The position numbers and the translations under genes are program-made. Below are positions 9,670-19,381 of a DNA stretch of 64,000 nucleotides, piece by piece. How positions within the stretch are numbered: the first letter of the stretch is position 1; every line of letters starts with the position of its first letter. The stretch lies in assembly GCA_017513085.1 (NCBI GenBank), contig JAFWDK010000012.1, positions 8,310-72,309 of the forward strand, written 5' to 3'. The notes under the pieces were generated by a model, which did no database searches, was not told the origin of the DNA, and saw nothing but the letters and a program-made list of their open reading frames with translations. Source of the stretch: Clostridiales bacterium (GTDB taxonomy: Bacteria > Bacillota > Clostridia > Saccharofermentanales > Saccharofermentanaceae).

Positions 9670-10818
9670 ATGAAAATGCGTAGATTTAGAAAAGTGAGCG
9701 TATTAGCTCTATCTTTGATGATGGTTTTTGAACTTGCTTCATGTGCAAAAGAAGAAAAAAAGAGCACAAGGGAAATTACCGTTGCAGCATACAATGATTT
9801 TCCTACAACTGTAAATTCAAGTGATGATTACACAACAACTGAGACAGAACCTAGTGAAACGGAGACTGTTAACTATGAAGGTATCCTTGTTCAAAGCCTT
9901 CATACTGGTGATAGGTACAAATGGAAGAGTACCGGAACATACAAGTGTGACGCGTTTACCGTAAATCTGGACTTTATTGATCCTGAAACTGGTGCAATTA
10001 CACACTTTAAGACGTTTTCAAGCGAGCAGACACACTCTTGCGGATACTATTATTCAGTAAGTGATAACGTTAACGAAGCCAGAACGCAGTTCAATGCTGA
10101 TTATTCTGCCATGGTTGCGATATTAACCAAAGACGATGGAGCAGAACACATAGGGTGGATCGATGAAGATGGAGAGTTCTTTGATGTCTCTGAGAGAATA
10201 ACCCACAAGAGTGATTTTGGATCTATAACAAAACATAGTCAGCCTTGCTTCTGGGGCGATTATATGTATTTTTACGATCAAACGGAGGGTGTTGAATGTA
10301 TTAAGCGAGTTCCTCTTAATAACCTTCAAGAAAATACAGTAGAGTTGATGTGGAGCAAAAACAAAAGTAACGGCCATGTCTATCCGAAGCCGGATGGCAG
10401 CATCCCGGATGAACCATATTTTTATGAATACTCGACTGCGGACTCAGAATACGGAGCATATCCGATTCAATTCGGCGGGTGGATCAATACAAATGAATGT
10501 GTAGGCTCAGACAATGGCATGATCTATCGTTATAATCTCGAAGGGTTTTCGGGAAAACAGAGTACAGGTCATTGGTATAGCAGTAAAACCGAGCTGATTC
10601 CAAATGTAAGCGGAAGAGTTAATTTAGTCCCTGTTCTTTCACCAGATGGGGATAAAGTGGCATTTATCTCAAGTGTGAATGGAAAAAACGAGTTGTTTGT
10701 TGTTGATGCTTCGTGTGGAGAACCGAAAAAAATCGATACAGATTACAATTTTTCAGAAGTGGCGTTTATAGGGGGCAGGGTTGGTTTTATAGGATGGATA
10801 AGTAATGACAATGCTTGA
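9670..10818 (+). CDS. Lipoprotein with TolB/PD40-like beta-propeller motif
   Basis: GGAGG RBS, lipobox LASC, Thr/Glu linker, 'PVLSPDGDKVAFISSVNGKNELFVVD'. Confidence 0.75.
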   Translation: MKMRRFRKVSVLALSLMMVFELASCAKEEKKSTREITVAAYNDFPTTVNSSDDYTTTETEPSETETVNYEGILVQSLHTGDRYKWKSTGTYKCDAFTVNLDFIDPETGAITHFKTFSSEQTHSCGYYYSVSDNVNEARTQFNADYSAMVAILTKDDGAEHIGWIDEDGEFFDVSERITHKSDFGSITKHSQPCFWGDYMYFYDQTEGVECIKRVPLNNLQENTVELMWSKNKSNGHVYPKPDGSIPDEPYFYEYSTADSEYGAYPIQFGGWINTNECVGSDNGMIYRYNLEGFSGKQSTGHWYSSKTELIPNVSGRVNLVPVLSPDGDKVAFISSVNGKNELFVVDASCGEPKKIDTDYNFSEVAFIGGRVGFIGWISNDNA

Positions 10819-10866
10819 TAGTTGTCTGATGAATTTAGAATCATAAGCATTTATGGAGGGAATAGT

Positions 10867-11571
10867 ATGGGACGCACAGGATATCCTAGGAGAAGGAAAA
10901 CATATGCTCCGGCGACAGCTGGTGCTTTGGGACTTATGCTCGCTATAGTTATCAGCGCAGCAGCAGACAGCAAAGTGCTTTTCTTTATAGCATGGATCGT
11001 ATGCACGCTTCTTGTATATATTATTTGCAGTAAGATTGAAGATGCGATCTATCACGCAGCAGATAAAACTCGTGAGATTATCGAGAATAAGATTTCCGGG
11101 TCGTCGGAAGGATCGTCGATTCCATCAAGTAAAGAAGTTGAAGTACCCCAAAAGACGAAAGCCAACCCGGGTACAAACGAATGGAAATGTGTTTGTGGAA
11201 AGATCAACCAAAACTACACAGGACAATGTGTCTGTGGCGTGAGGAAAAACGATGCGGCAAAACGAATAGAAGAGAATAAGGCTAAGGCCATAGCAATAGC
11301 AAAGAAGAAGAATCTCCAGCTTCCCAAAGAGGAAGAAGCCAGCAAAGATGAATTATTGACAGTTAGCAAACAGTTCGAGAAGGAGAATGAGTGGAGATGC
11401 GTTTGTGGAAAGAAAAATCCTAAATTCGTAGGTACTTGTCAGTGTGGTATGCGCAAAAATGAGGCTATCAAACGTCGTGCAATCGCACTTCAGAAATCCA
11501 GAGAGATCATGGAAGCGAAAAAAGCAAAGGCACAAGGCGTAGATCTTCAACAGGACGAATTCGAGACTTAG
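10867..11571 (+). CDS. Membrane protein with two Zn-ribbon repeats
   Basis: GGAGG RBS; two N-terminal TM segments; 'WKCVCGKIN..CVCG' and 'WRCVCGKKN..CQCG'. Confidence 0.75.
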   Translation: MGRTGYPRRRKTYAPATAGALGLMLAIVISAAADSKVLFFIAWIVCTLLVYIICSKIEDAIYHAADKTREIIENKISGSSEGSSIPSSKEVEVPQKTKANPGTNEWKCVCGKINQNYTGQCVCGVRKNDAAKRIEENKAKAIAIAKKKNLQLPKEEEASKDELLTVSKQFEKENEWRCVCGKKNPKFVGTCQCGMRKNEAIKRRAIALQKSREIMEAKKAKAQGVDLQQDEFET

Positions 11572-11815
11572 AAATTGATAATTCTCAAACTAAGCAGTTG
11601 TGACTGACTGTCTAAATGATATCACATTAATAATATAACAGTATCAAATCGCTGTTATTCTGCGATTAGTAGATTAATAGTGGATTGAGAATCGTTTAAC
11701 TTAAGAAGTTTCCTCAGTATCTTTATTCTTTCTTTGTTTCCGGTTGACGATGTTTTTACTTTTCGGCATTAAGATGGAATCATGAAGCCGAAGAAGTGCT
11801 TCGAAAAAGAAGAAA

Positions 11816-12082
11816 ATGACTATGAAAGAGTATTTTGAAAGCCTTAAGACAGAAACAAACTGGTTTAAACTGTTCCGCCCAATCTGCATCGGAATGACGA
11901 TCCTCCTCGAGATTGGGACACCGATCATCTTATATATTATTCAGGTCCTGATCAAGCAACAGGAACTGGATCTGCCGAGCTTCTGGTACGGACTGATCGT
12001 CGCCTTCCTCTACAGCGCCATTCTTGCCTGGGTAATAAGCAGTGTGCATCGAAAAGAACAGCAAAAGCAGGAGAATAAGTAA
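11816..12082 (+). CDS. Small hypothetical membrane protein (2 TM)
   Basis: 88 aa with two hydrophobic helices; TTGACG..TAAGAT promoter-like sequence upstream. Confidence 0.6.
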   Translation: MTMKEYFESLKTETNWFKLFRPICIGMTILLEIGTPIILYIIQVLIKQQELDLPSFWYGLIVAFLYSAILAWVISSVHRKEQQKQENK

Positions 12083-12161
12083 TCTGACATTTTACTTGAA
12101 CGATATTTTCAAGATAGTACATCGTTCAACATAAAACAAAGAAAGTATAGCTATACATGTG

Positions 12162-12193
12162 GAAAAGCCAGGCCCGAAAGAGTCTGGCTTTTC
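12162..12193 (+). terminator. Terminator-like hairpin
   Basis: GAAAAGCCAGGC-ccgaaaga-GTCTGGCTTTTC. Confidence 0.55.
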
Positions 12194-12318
12194 TATTCCT
12201 GCTGTTACTTGATCGCTTGTTGCGATCTTGTGCCGATTCAGGCGGCGGAAGTCTGTTTTCTAACCTTCCGCTGGATCCGCTTCGGATTCTTGCCAAGTGC
12301 TTGCACAGCAGTTGTCAT
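12193..12318 (-). pseudogene. YjdF/DUF2992-family fragment with in-frame stops
   Basis: Minus strand reads GKNPKRIQRKVRKQTSAA*IGTRSQQAIK*QQE, matching the remembered DUF2992 motif NPKRxQR..IGTKSQQALKLQQE. Confidence 0.6.
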
Positions 12319-12384
12319 AGCGAACAGACAACTTGTGAGGATAATATAACTGGGTGGAGGAGAGAGGGGTGGGTCGCGTAGTTT

Positions 12385-12443
12385 AATTGCCTCATCAAAA
12401 CATTCAATTGCCTCGTTTGAGGTGAAAATGAGGCAATTGAATG
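12385..12443. repeat. Perfect 14-bp inverted repeat with an additional partial copy
   Basis: CATTCAATTGCCTC (12401-12414) / GAGGCAATTGAATG (12430-12443); AATTGCCTC also at 12385. Confidence 0.7.
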
Positions 12444-12730
12444 GGGGGATGAGTATGTTGAAACAAGGATAATGTATTCCACAAGATTGGAGGGATAACT
12501 TATTGTAGAAAAAACAGGTCTAACGTTTAGATAAGTAAAATCAAGAAGGTGGAACCGAGATTTATTGAATGCAAAAATGTAGTACGTTATCGTTAATTCT
12601 GAACTATCAAAAAAGAAATTACAAAATGTAAACGATTATTAAATTCTTTTGCTTAGCTATTTAGATAAATTGAGTTTTGGCTATACTATGTTTAGAGGTT
12701 ACATTTTTTTGTGATTGGAAATGTAAAAAG

Positions 12731-15394
12731 ATGATTGATGTATTGTGGGCAAAAAAAGATGGCAAGCACTGGCTATCGTTAAAGTCTCATCTATTGGATA
12801 CTGCGGAAACCATGGATTATTTATGGAATAATTGGGTATCACAAGACTTAAGAGATAGACTTTGTAATGCATTTAGGCAGAATTTGTCCGTAGATGAATG
12901 TGGCAGATTCTTGAGATTTCTTGCGCTTGCTCATGATGTCGGAAAAGCGACTCCCATTTTTCAGTCAAAGATATTGCAAGGAAAGAATGATGCAGATGCT
13001 GTCATTCTAAAAAGATTCATTAAGAAAGAAATACCACTTAAGGAACATTTCTTAAGAGATCTCTATCATGCTCAGGCTGGATACAACCTTCTTATTGAAG
13101 CGGGATGTAATTTGAACGCAGCTTCAATCGTTGGTTCGCATCATGGAATGCCATCTCAAAAGCAACCATCAAATGATAATCAAGAAGCATATTATTTGGA
13201 GAGCGAAGGTAAGTGTGTGTGGTCCAAACTGCAAAAAGACATCTTATCCTGGGTTTTGCAGCAGTCTGGTTATGCTTCGTTTGAAAGTGTTCCAGTACCA
13301 GCGTTCAATTCCCAGGTTTGGATGACGGGCCTTCTTATTATGGCAGACTGGATTGCAAGTAATAGCGCTTTTTTTCCAATGATTGCAGTAGATAGTCTAG
13401 TCACTGGAAATAATACGCATCGGCTGAATTCTTCTGATCTGGTTTTCCTACGAGGGGGCTTTTTTGAATCCATGAGGCAAAGTAACCTTGCTCTTCCAGA
13501 AGTTTTCAGGCATAGGTTTTCATTTTATCCCAACACGGTTCAACTTGAAACATGTGGTATAGCGAATAGTATGTCGGATTCCGGTATCATAGTTCTGGAA
13601 GCTCAGATGGGAAAAGGAAAGACTGAAGCTGCGCTTGCGGCAGGTGAAATTCTAGCGTCGAAATTCGACAAAAAGGGTTTATTCTTCGCGTTGCCTTCTC
13701 AGGCTACTTCGGATGGTATGTTTGTAAGAGTAAAAGAGTTTCTTGAAAGCGAAAACTACAAAGGAAGCATAAATCTTGTTCATGCTAAAGCCGCATACAA
13801 CAGAGAATATAATGAGATTCCTCACATTAATTCCGTTTGGGATGAACAAGACGACCTATCTCTTGGAATAGGAGAGTGGTTTGAAGGGAAAAAACAATCC
13901 CTATTATCGAATTTCGTAGTTGGCACTGTTGATCAACTTCTTATGGCAGGTTTACAACAAAAACATGTTATGTTGAGGCACTTGGGATTAGCAGACAAAA
14001 TCGTTATTGTGGATGAAGTTCATGCTTATGATGCATACATGTCTGTGTATCTTAAAAAGGCGTTATCCTGGCTAGGTGCATATCATGTACCGGTTATTCT
14101 TCTGTCAGCTACGCTTCCACACAAAAAGAAAATGGAACTTATTACTGCGTATGTTGGAAAAGAACGCAGTAAGAATATTGAAATACCTCCCTATTCTGGA
14201 GAGTATCCTGTACTTACTTATTATGATGATCTGAAAATTCAGTCAAAGCCTATAGCAAATACAGATTTGACTAGATCTGTTGATGTCGATTATTCTTCTT
14301 CAGATATTATTGGCTTAGCTGAAATCATAGAAAAGACCTTGGATCGATCTGATGGTTGTGTAGGCGTTATTCTTAATACTGTCAAGAATGCACAGAAGCT
14401 TTACATGATGCTAAAAAAACAGTTTTCAGATGATGAGATAATACTAATTCATTCAGGTTTCCTTGCAAACGATAGGGTAGCGATAGAAGAAAAAATCAGA
14501 AAGACTTTGGGTCGCTCAGGAATGGCCACCAGACCACAAAAGTTCATTGTAATCGGAACGCAAGTTCTTGAACAGTCATTAGATATTGATTTTGATTGGC
14601 TTATAACAGAACAGTGCCCCATAGACCTTTTGCTGCAGAGAATAGGAAGGCTTCATAGGCATGGTAGAGAGAGACCTGAGATCTTCAGTCAAGCAAAATG
14701 TCTTGTCGTTATGCTTTCTGACCAGGAAAGAGATGCGTCAGAATTGATATATGGACGTTATCTTCTGCGAAGAACTAGAGCGGTTATTGAAGCTAAATCA
14801 ATGCGGATTCGAATACCGGACGATTTATCCCAACTGGTAGAAGATGTGTATGATTGTGAAGACTTGTCAGATGCAGATTATTCTAATTGGGTTAGATCAA
14901 TACAGAACAAAGATTACGAGGCAAAGCAATTCTGTATAGCTGACCCGGTGGATAGATTTGATCGAAAATTTCTTCGAAATATGGATTACTTGCTTGACAA
15001 CAGAAAACTGTGTGTAACTACAGAGGGCGAGGCAAGAGTACGTGATACTAATGGCTCAATAGAGGTTGTGATTTTTCAAATGAAACATGGAAGGATTTAT
15101 CATGTCTCCGGAGATAAAGAAGTATGCTCTGATAAGGAACTGGCATGTGAGACCGTCCGATTACCTTACTCTCTTTCTGGACCGCATATGATACAGGAGA
15201 CGGTGAAAGCACTGGAGAACCTTCGAAACGATACATTGTCAGATGATTTAAGAAACAGTGTATGGCTTAAGGATACGCTATTTTTAGCATTTAACGAGAA
15301 TCAGAAAACTAAACTTGAAGTTGGAAAAAAGGTATATAGCATCAAATATGACAATATGACAGGAATTCATGTAGAGAAGGAGGAAAATACGTGA
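12731..15394 (+). CDS. cas3: CRISPR-associated helicase/nuclease Cas3 (type I-E)
   Basis: LWAK..HLLD, HD motif 'AHDVGKATP', 'HHG', 'ADWIAS', Walker A-like 'AQMGKGKTE', 'DEVH', 'SATLP', 'QRIGRLHRH'. Confidence 0.97.
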   Translation: MIDVLWAKKDGKHWLSLKSHLLDTAETMDYLWNNWVSQDLRDRLCNAFRQNLSVDECGRFLRFLALAHDVGKATPIFQSKILQGKNDADAVILKRFIKKEIPLKEHFLRDLYHAQAGYNLLIEAGCNLNAASIVGSHHGMPSQKQPSNDNQEAYYLESEGKCVWSKLQKDILSWVLQQSGYASFESVPVPAFNSQVWMTGLLIMADWIASNSAFFPMIAVDSLVTGNNTHRLNSSDLVFLRGGFFESMRQSNLALPEVFRHRFSFYPNTVQLETCGIANSMSDSGIIVLEAQMGKGKTEAALAAGEILASKFDKKGLFFALPSQATSDGMFVRVKEFLESENYKGSINLVHAKAAYNREYNEIPHINSVWDEQDDLSLGIGEWFEGKKQSLLSNFVVGTVDQLLMAGLQQKHVMLRHLGLADKIVIVDEVHAYDAYMSVYLKKALSWLGAYHVPVILLSATLPHKKKMELITAYVGKERSKNIEIPPYSGEYPVLTYYDDLKIQSKPIANTDLTRSVDVDYSSSDIIGLAEIIEKTLDRSDGCVGVILNTVKNAQKLYMMLKKQFSDDEIILIHSGFLANDRVAIEEKIRKTLGRSGMATRPQKFIVIGTQVLEQSLDIDFDWLITEQCPIDLLLQRIGRLHRHGRERPEIFSQAKCLVVMLSDQERDASELIYGRYLLRRTRAVIEAKSMRIRIPDDLSQLVEDVYDCEDLSDADYSNWVRSIQNKDYEAKQFCIADPVDRFDRKFLRNMDYLLDNRKLCVTTEGEARVRDTNGSIEVVIFQMKHGRIYHVSGDKEVCSDKELACETVRLPYSLSGPHMIQETVKALENLRNDTLSDDLRNSVWLKDTLFLAFNENQKTKLEVGKKVYSIKYDNMTGIHVEKEENT

Positions 15395-17028
15395 AATCAG
15401 AATATAATTTGCTTGATGAGCGATGGATTATAGTTACTCGACTTGATGGAAATCTAGAAAAAGTCTCTTTGCTTGAACTTTTTCAAAATGCCCACATCTA
15501 TAAATCTTTTGATGGTGAATGTGAGACACAGAATATTTCCATCATTCGGTTGTGCTTGGCAGTCTTGACAACTGTGATTTCTAGGTTTGATTTGGAAGGA
15601 AAGAATAATCCCATTGAAGATGATATTGATGCTACAACCAGATGGGGAGAATGGTGGAATAGAAAGTCATTTCCAATTCGAATCATATCAGAGTATCTCG
15701 AACAATATCGATTTAGGTTTTACCTTTTTGATGAACAATATCCTTTTTACCAAGATGCTTCAGTCGGGCAGGAACTGGCAATGGAATATAAAAAGGTAAC
15801 AGGAAAGAAAAGAATCGCGGATGTGAGCACAGGGTATTACCCTTTGACAAAACTAATAGGGAATCTATCCGAAAGTGCAAACAAAAAGCGTTTGTTCAAA
15901 GCTGCTGATAAGAATAGTATCGAATTTGACGAAGCCGCACGATGGCTGATCAATTATATGAACACCGCGGATAAACCAGAAAAAAAGCCAACACCGAAAA
16001 ACTGCGGAATAATTGGAGAAATGGGCTGCGTTTATTGTCAAGGCAAAAGCATCTTTGAGACGCTTATGCTAAACCTGATTCCTGGCGCAGATGGTTCATA
16101 TGTGGAGAAACCGGAATGGGAAAAAACATCACCTACAGGAAATAATGAAGAGATTTTTCCGTCTTCAAAATCAGAATTATATACATTTCAAATCAGAAGA
16201 CTGTTCCTTGACAGGAGAGAGAATCTGATTGTTGGTTTCAAATCTAAAGCTGGTATGTGTTACAATAGCCTGCCACTTTGGGAACCTATGACTATGTGGA
16301 GGATTCAAAGCAAGAATAGTATAGAAGAAATACGTCCTAAGCATCATGACCCTTCAGTAGTAATGTGGAGAAATCTATCATTATTGTTGGCTTCTACAAA
16401 CGATTCTCGTAAACCAGAGGTTATAAGGTGGATTGAAACTCTTGAGAATCAGGACATATTTGATAGTAATTATTCGCTATCTATTAAGACTGCAGGTATT
16501 GAATATGGAAGTATGTCGTCGTCCATCTCCAACACATTTTACGATTCCCTCAGTTTTTCTGCTGTAATTATTAGAGAACAGGAAAAAAACGAGCAGAGTA
16601 ATATTTTAAAAATCCTGGAATTGACCAATGATGTTGCGGACAGATTCGCATATTTCTGTGGGGTTTTGTATGTTGCTCAAGGTGGAGACAAGGAAGGTGA
16701 AAGCGGTGTAAGAAGAAAATCAAAAAGCCGGATGTATTCAGCGCTGGACCTTCCGTTCAGGCGATGGCTTCTCAAAGTCGGAACAGAATATATAACAGCG
16801 GGGCAGATAGAAAACAGCTGGTGGGAAATCATACAACGTATCTCCTTACATCTGGCCGACGAGGAGATAAGAAAAATGCCTGTGGAAGCAATGATTGGCA
16901 AGATGATTTGGGATGAAAAGAAAAAGAAAAATATGATTTACAGTGGAGCAAAGGCATTAGAAGATTTCCACTATGAGATTTCGAAACCAGATAGAGTGAA
17001 GGAGGTCAAAAATGGGAAGAAGAAGTGA
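15391..17028 (+). CDS. cas8e: Cascade large subunit Cas8e (CasA/Cse1)
   Basis: 'YNLLDERWI', 'RFYLFDEQYPFYQ', 'FETLMLNL', 'EPMTMW'; position after cas3. Confidence 0.92.
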   Translation: MKSEYNLLDERWIIVTRLDGNLEKVSLLELFQNAHIYKSFDGECETQNISIIRLCLAVLTTVISRFDLEGKNNPIEDDIDATTRWGEWWNRKSFPIRIISEYLEQYRFRFYLFDEQYPFYQDASVGQELAMEYKKVTGKKRIADVSTGYYPLTKLIGNLSESANKKRLFKAADKNSIEFDEAARWLINYMNTADKPEKKPTPKNCGIIGEMGCVYCQGKSIFETLMLNLIPGADGSYVEKPEWEKTSPTGNNEEIFPSSKSELYTFQIRRLFLDRRENLIVGFKSKAGMCYNSLPLWEPMTMWRIQSKNSIEEIRPKHHDPSVVMWRNLSLLLASTNDSRKPEVIRWIETLENQDIFDSNYSLSIKTAGIEYGSMSSSISNTFYDSLSFSAVIIREQEKNEQSNILKILELTNDVADRFAYFCGVLYVAQGGDKEGESGVRRKSKSRMYSALDLPFRRWLLKVGTEYITAGQIENSWWEIIQRISLHLADEEIRKMPVEAMIGKMIWDEKKKKNMIYSGAKALEDFHYEISKPDRVKEVKNGKKK

Positions 17029-17584
17029 TGCTTCGGCATTCGTTAATCGGAAGATTAGTTTGCTGAAAACAAGACCATCTTCTGAAGTTTCAGCTGCACT
17101 GGCAGAACTTCGGAGAGGCGCAGGAAAGGAGCCCGGATCAAATCCACTACTGTGGGAATGGACACTAGAAGGGTTACCCGATGAAGGATTTGGTGCAGAG
17201 CCATCGTATCTTGAAACATCAGTATATCTGGCGATGACATTGTTTTCTGTTCATCAACAAGGAAACGATGTTCAAACAAAGTGTATGAGCGTATCAAGTG
17301 TTCGTTTCGGCGAAGCTGTCAGAAGACTCTGTAAAAATGAGGATGATATTGACAGGATGATTAAGAAAATCAAGGCTGTGACATCTGCTGATTCGATTAC
17401 ATCGGTAGCATATTATCTTCGTCAATTGATTTCGCTTCTTAAATCGAATGGAATCGGATTTGATTATGCTGATTTAGCTGGAGATCTTTATGATTTTCAG
17501 TTTGAAGAAGGTCGTGATCGAATTGTGTTGAAATGGGCAAGAGATTTCTACAAAACTAAAAAGATTATATCTGAGGAGGAATAA
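17012..17584 (+). CDS. cas11: Cascade small subunit Cas11 (CasB/Cse2)
   Basis: 'ALAELRRGAGKEPG', 'LFSVHQQG', 'DYADLAGDL', 'WARDFY'. Confidence 0.93.
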   Translation: MGRRSDASAFVNRKISLLKTRPSSEVSAALAELRRGAGKEPGSNPLLWEWTLEGLPDEGFGAEPSYLETSVYLAMTLFSVHQQGNDVQTKCMSVSSVRFGEAVRRLCKNEDDIDRMIKKIKAVTSADSITSVAYYLRQLISLLKSNGIGFDYADLAGDLYDFQFEEGRDRIVLKWARDFYKTKKIISEEE

Positions 17585-17586
17585 TT

Positions 17587-18642
17587 ATGAAAGAAGAAAG
17601 AATTTATGTTGATGTTCATGTATTGCAAACAGTTCCGCCGAGCTGTGTGAATCGTGATGATACCGGAAGTCCCAAAACAGCTATTTACGGTGGAGTTCGA
17701 AGAGCTCGGATTTCTTCCCAGTCATGGAAACATGCAGTCAGATGTTATTTCAGAGATCATCTTGATGAGCAGAAACTTGCTTATAGAACTAAAAATGCGG
17801 ATGCTAAGGTTGCTGATTATCTTGTTCAATATGGGATGAGTCAGGAAGAGGCGAAAAAGTCAGCTGTCAAGGCACTTAAAGATGCGAAGATTATAGCTTC
17901 GGAAGATGGAAAAAAGAACGCATTATTCTTTATTAGTGACGCTCAAGCAAGAGCGGTTGCTTCAGCAATTAATTCTGGTGCTGATAACGAAGAGATTAAA
18001 AAGGCTCTCTCTGAAACTCCTGGCATAGAAATAGCCCTCTTTGGTCGAATGGTAGCTGATAATACGGCACTTGGAGAAGACGCTTGTTGCCAAGTTGCTC
18101 ATGCTATATCAACTCATAAAGTATCTAATGAGTATGATTACTTTACAGCAGTTGATGACATACAAGATGATGATGCTTCCGGAGCGGGTCATATTGGTTC
18201 GAATGAGTTTAATTCTGCAACTTTATATCGATATGCTACTGTTGCTGTCCATGATCTTGCAAATAGTCTTGGAACGGATACTGCTCAGAGCGTCTGTGAT
18301 TTCTTGGAGGCTTTTGTTAAGTCGATGCCAACGGGAAAGATGAATTCGTACGCTAATAGAACTATTCCTGATGCAGTACTGGTTACGATTCGAAATGATC
18401 AGCCTGTGAATTTTGTCGGTGCATTTGAAGAAGCGGTTAACCCTGATAAGCAGTGCGGAGGATATGTTTCTGGTTCTGAAAAGAAACTTGAGATGTATGT
18501 TCTTGAAAGCTATAAGGACTTTATAGATTCTCCTTTGAAATCTTTTGTTGTTGGTAATCTTGATGACTCGTTGGGAGAAAAGGTGTCTTTCGGAGATTTG
18601 TTGCTCAAGGTAAAGGACGTGCTCGTGGAGAATCTCTCATAA
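17587..18642 (+). CDS. cas7: Cascade backbone Cas7 (CasC/Cse4)
   Basis: 'VPPSCVNRDDTGSPKT..GGVRRARISSQSWK', 'IALFGRMVA', 'DYFTAVDD'. Confidence 0.96.
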   Translation: MKEERIYVDVHVLQTVPPSCVNRDDTGSPKTAIYGGVRRARISSQSWKHAVRCYFRDHLDEQKLAYRTKNADAKVADYLVQYGMSQEEAKKSAVKALKDAKIIASEDGKKNALFFISDAQARAVASAINSGADNEEIKKALSETPGIEIALFGRMVADNTALGEDACCQVAHAISTHKVSNEYDYFTAVDDIQDDDASGAGHIGSNEFNSATLYRYATVAVHDLANSLGTDTAQSVCDFLEAFVKSMPTGKMNSYANRTIPDAVLVTIRNDQPVNFVGAFEEAVNPDKQCGGYVSGSEKKLEMYVLESYKDFIDSPLKSFVVGNLDDSLGEKVSFGDLLLKVKDVLVENLS

Positions 18643-18657
18643 TGTGGAGGAAGTATT

Positions 18658-19371
18658 ATGTCTACGTTATTGATTAGGCTTGAAGGTCCTATGCAATCCT
18701 GGGGGGATGAGTCTGCCTTTGGTGAAAGAAGGACTATGAGAGAACCGACGAAGAGCGGAATCATCGGCCTGGTAGCATCCTCACTGGGATATAGAAGAGA
18801 TGATGAAAGGCTGAAGACACTTTTATCTCTGAGATTTGGAGTCAGGATTGACAGAGAGGGTGTGAACGTATCTGAGTATGATTACCAGATCTCGAGGGTT
18901 GCATGTAAAAACCGTGGCCATTATGTAAGCCTCAAGTATGGTGAGTATGAAACGGAGCCTTCTCAATCAGTTCTCTCAAAACGATACTATCTCTTCGATG
19001 CATCCTTCTTATGTGGTCTGGAAGGAGATGAGAGAATGCTCAAGGACATTGCACATGCTCTTTGCCATCCAATGTGGCCGCTGTTTTTGGGGAGACGGTC
19101 TTGCCCGCCGGCAAAACCGATTTATGTTGCTATAAGAGATGGTTCGTTGGAGGATGCACTTAGGACTGAATCTTTGGCCCAAAGATCTGAACTTCGAATC
19201 AGATATTGCATTGAACCGATTGATGCAGATAGCAGGGCATTTGAGCAAAAAGATCTGCCTCTTTCGTTTGATAAGCGGAAGAGAATCTATAGCAAGAGAA
19301 AAGTCATAGAAGGTTATTGGGATTACGTGGATTCTTGCGAGTCAGAACAAGATCCTCTCGCCATACTGTAA
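18658..19371 (+). CDS. cas5: Cascade subunit Cas5e (CasD)
   Basis: 'LEGPMQSWG', 'PTKSGIIGL', 'LFLGRRSCPP'. Confidence 0.96.
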   Translation: MSTLLIRLEGPMQSWGDESAFGERRTMREPTKSGIIGLVASSLGYRRDDERLKTLLSLRFGVRIDREGVNVSEYDYQISRVACKNRGHYVSLKYGEYETEPSQSVLSKRYYLFDASFLCGLEGDERMLKDIAHALCHPMWPLFLGRRSCPPAKPIYVAIRDGSLEDALRTESLAQRSELRIRYCIEPIDADSRAFEQKDLPLSFDKRKRIYSKRKVIEGYWDYVDSCESEQDPLAIL

Positions 19372-19381
19372 GGGGAAAAAT

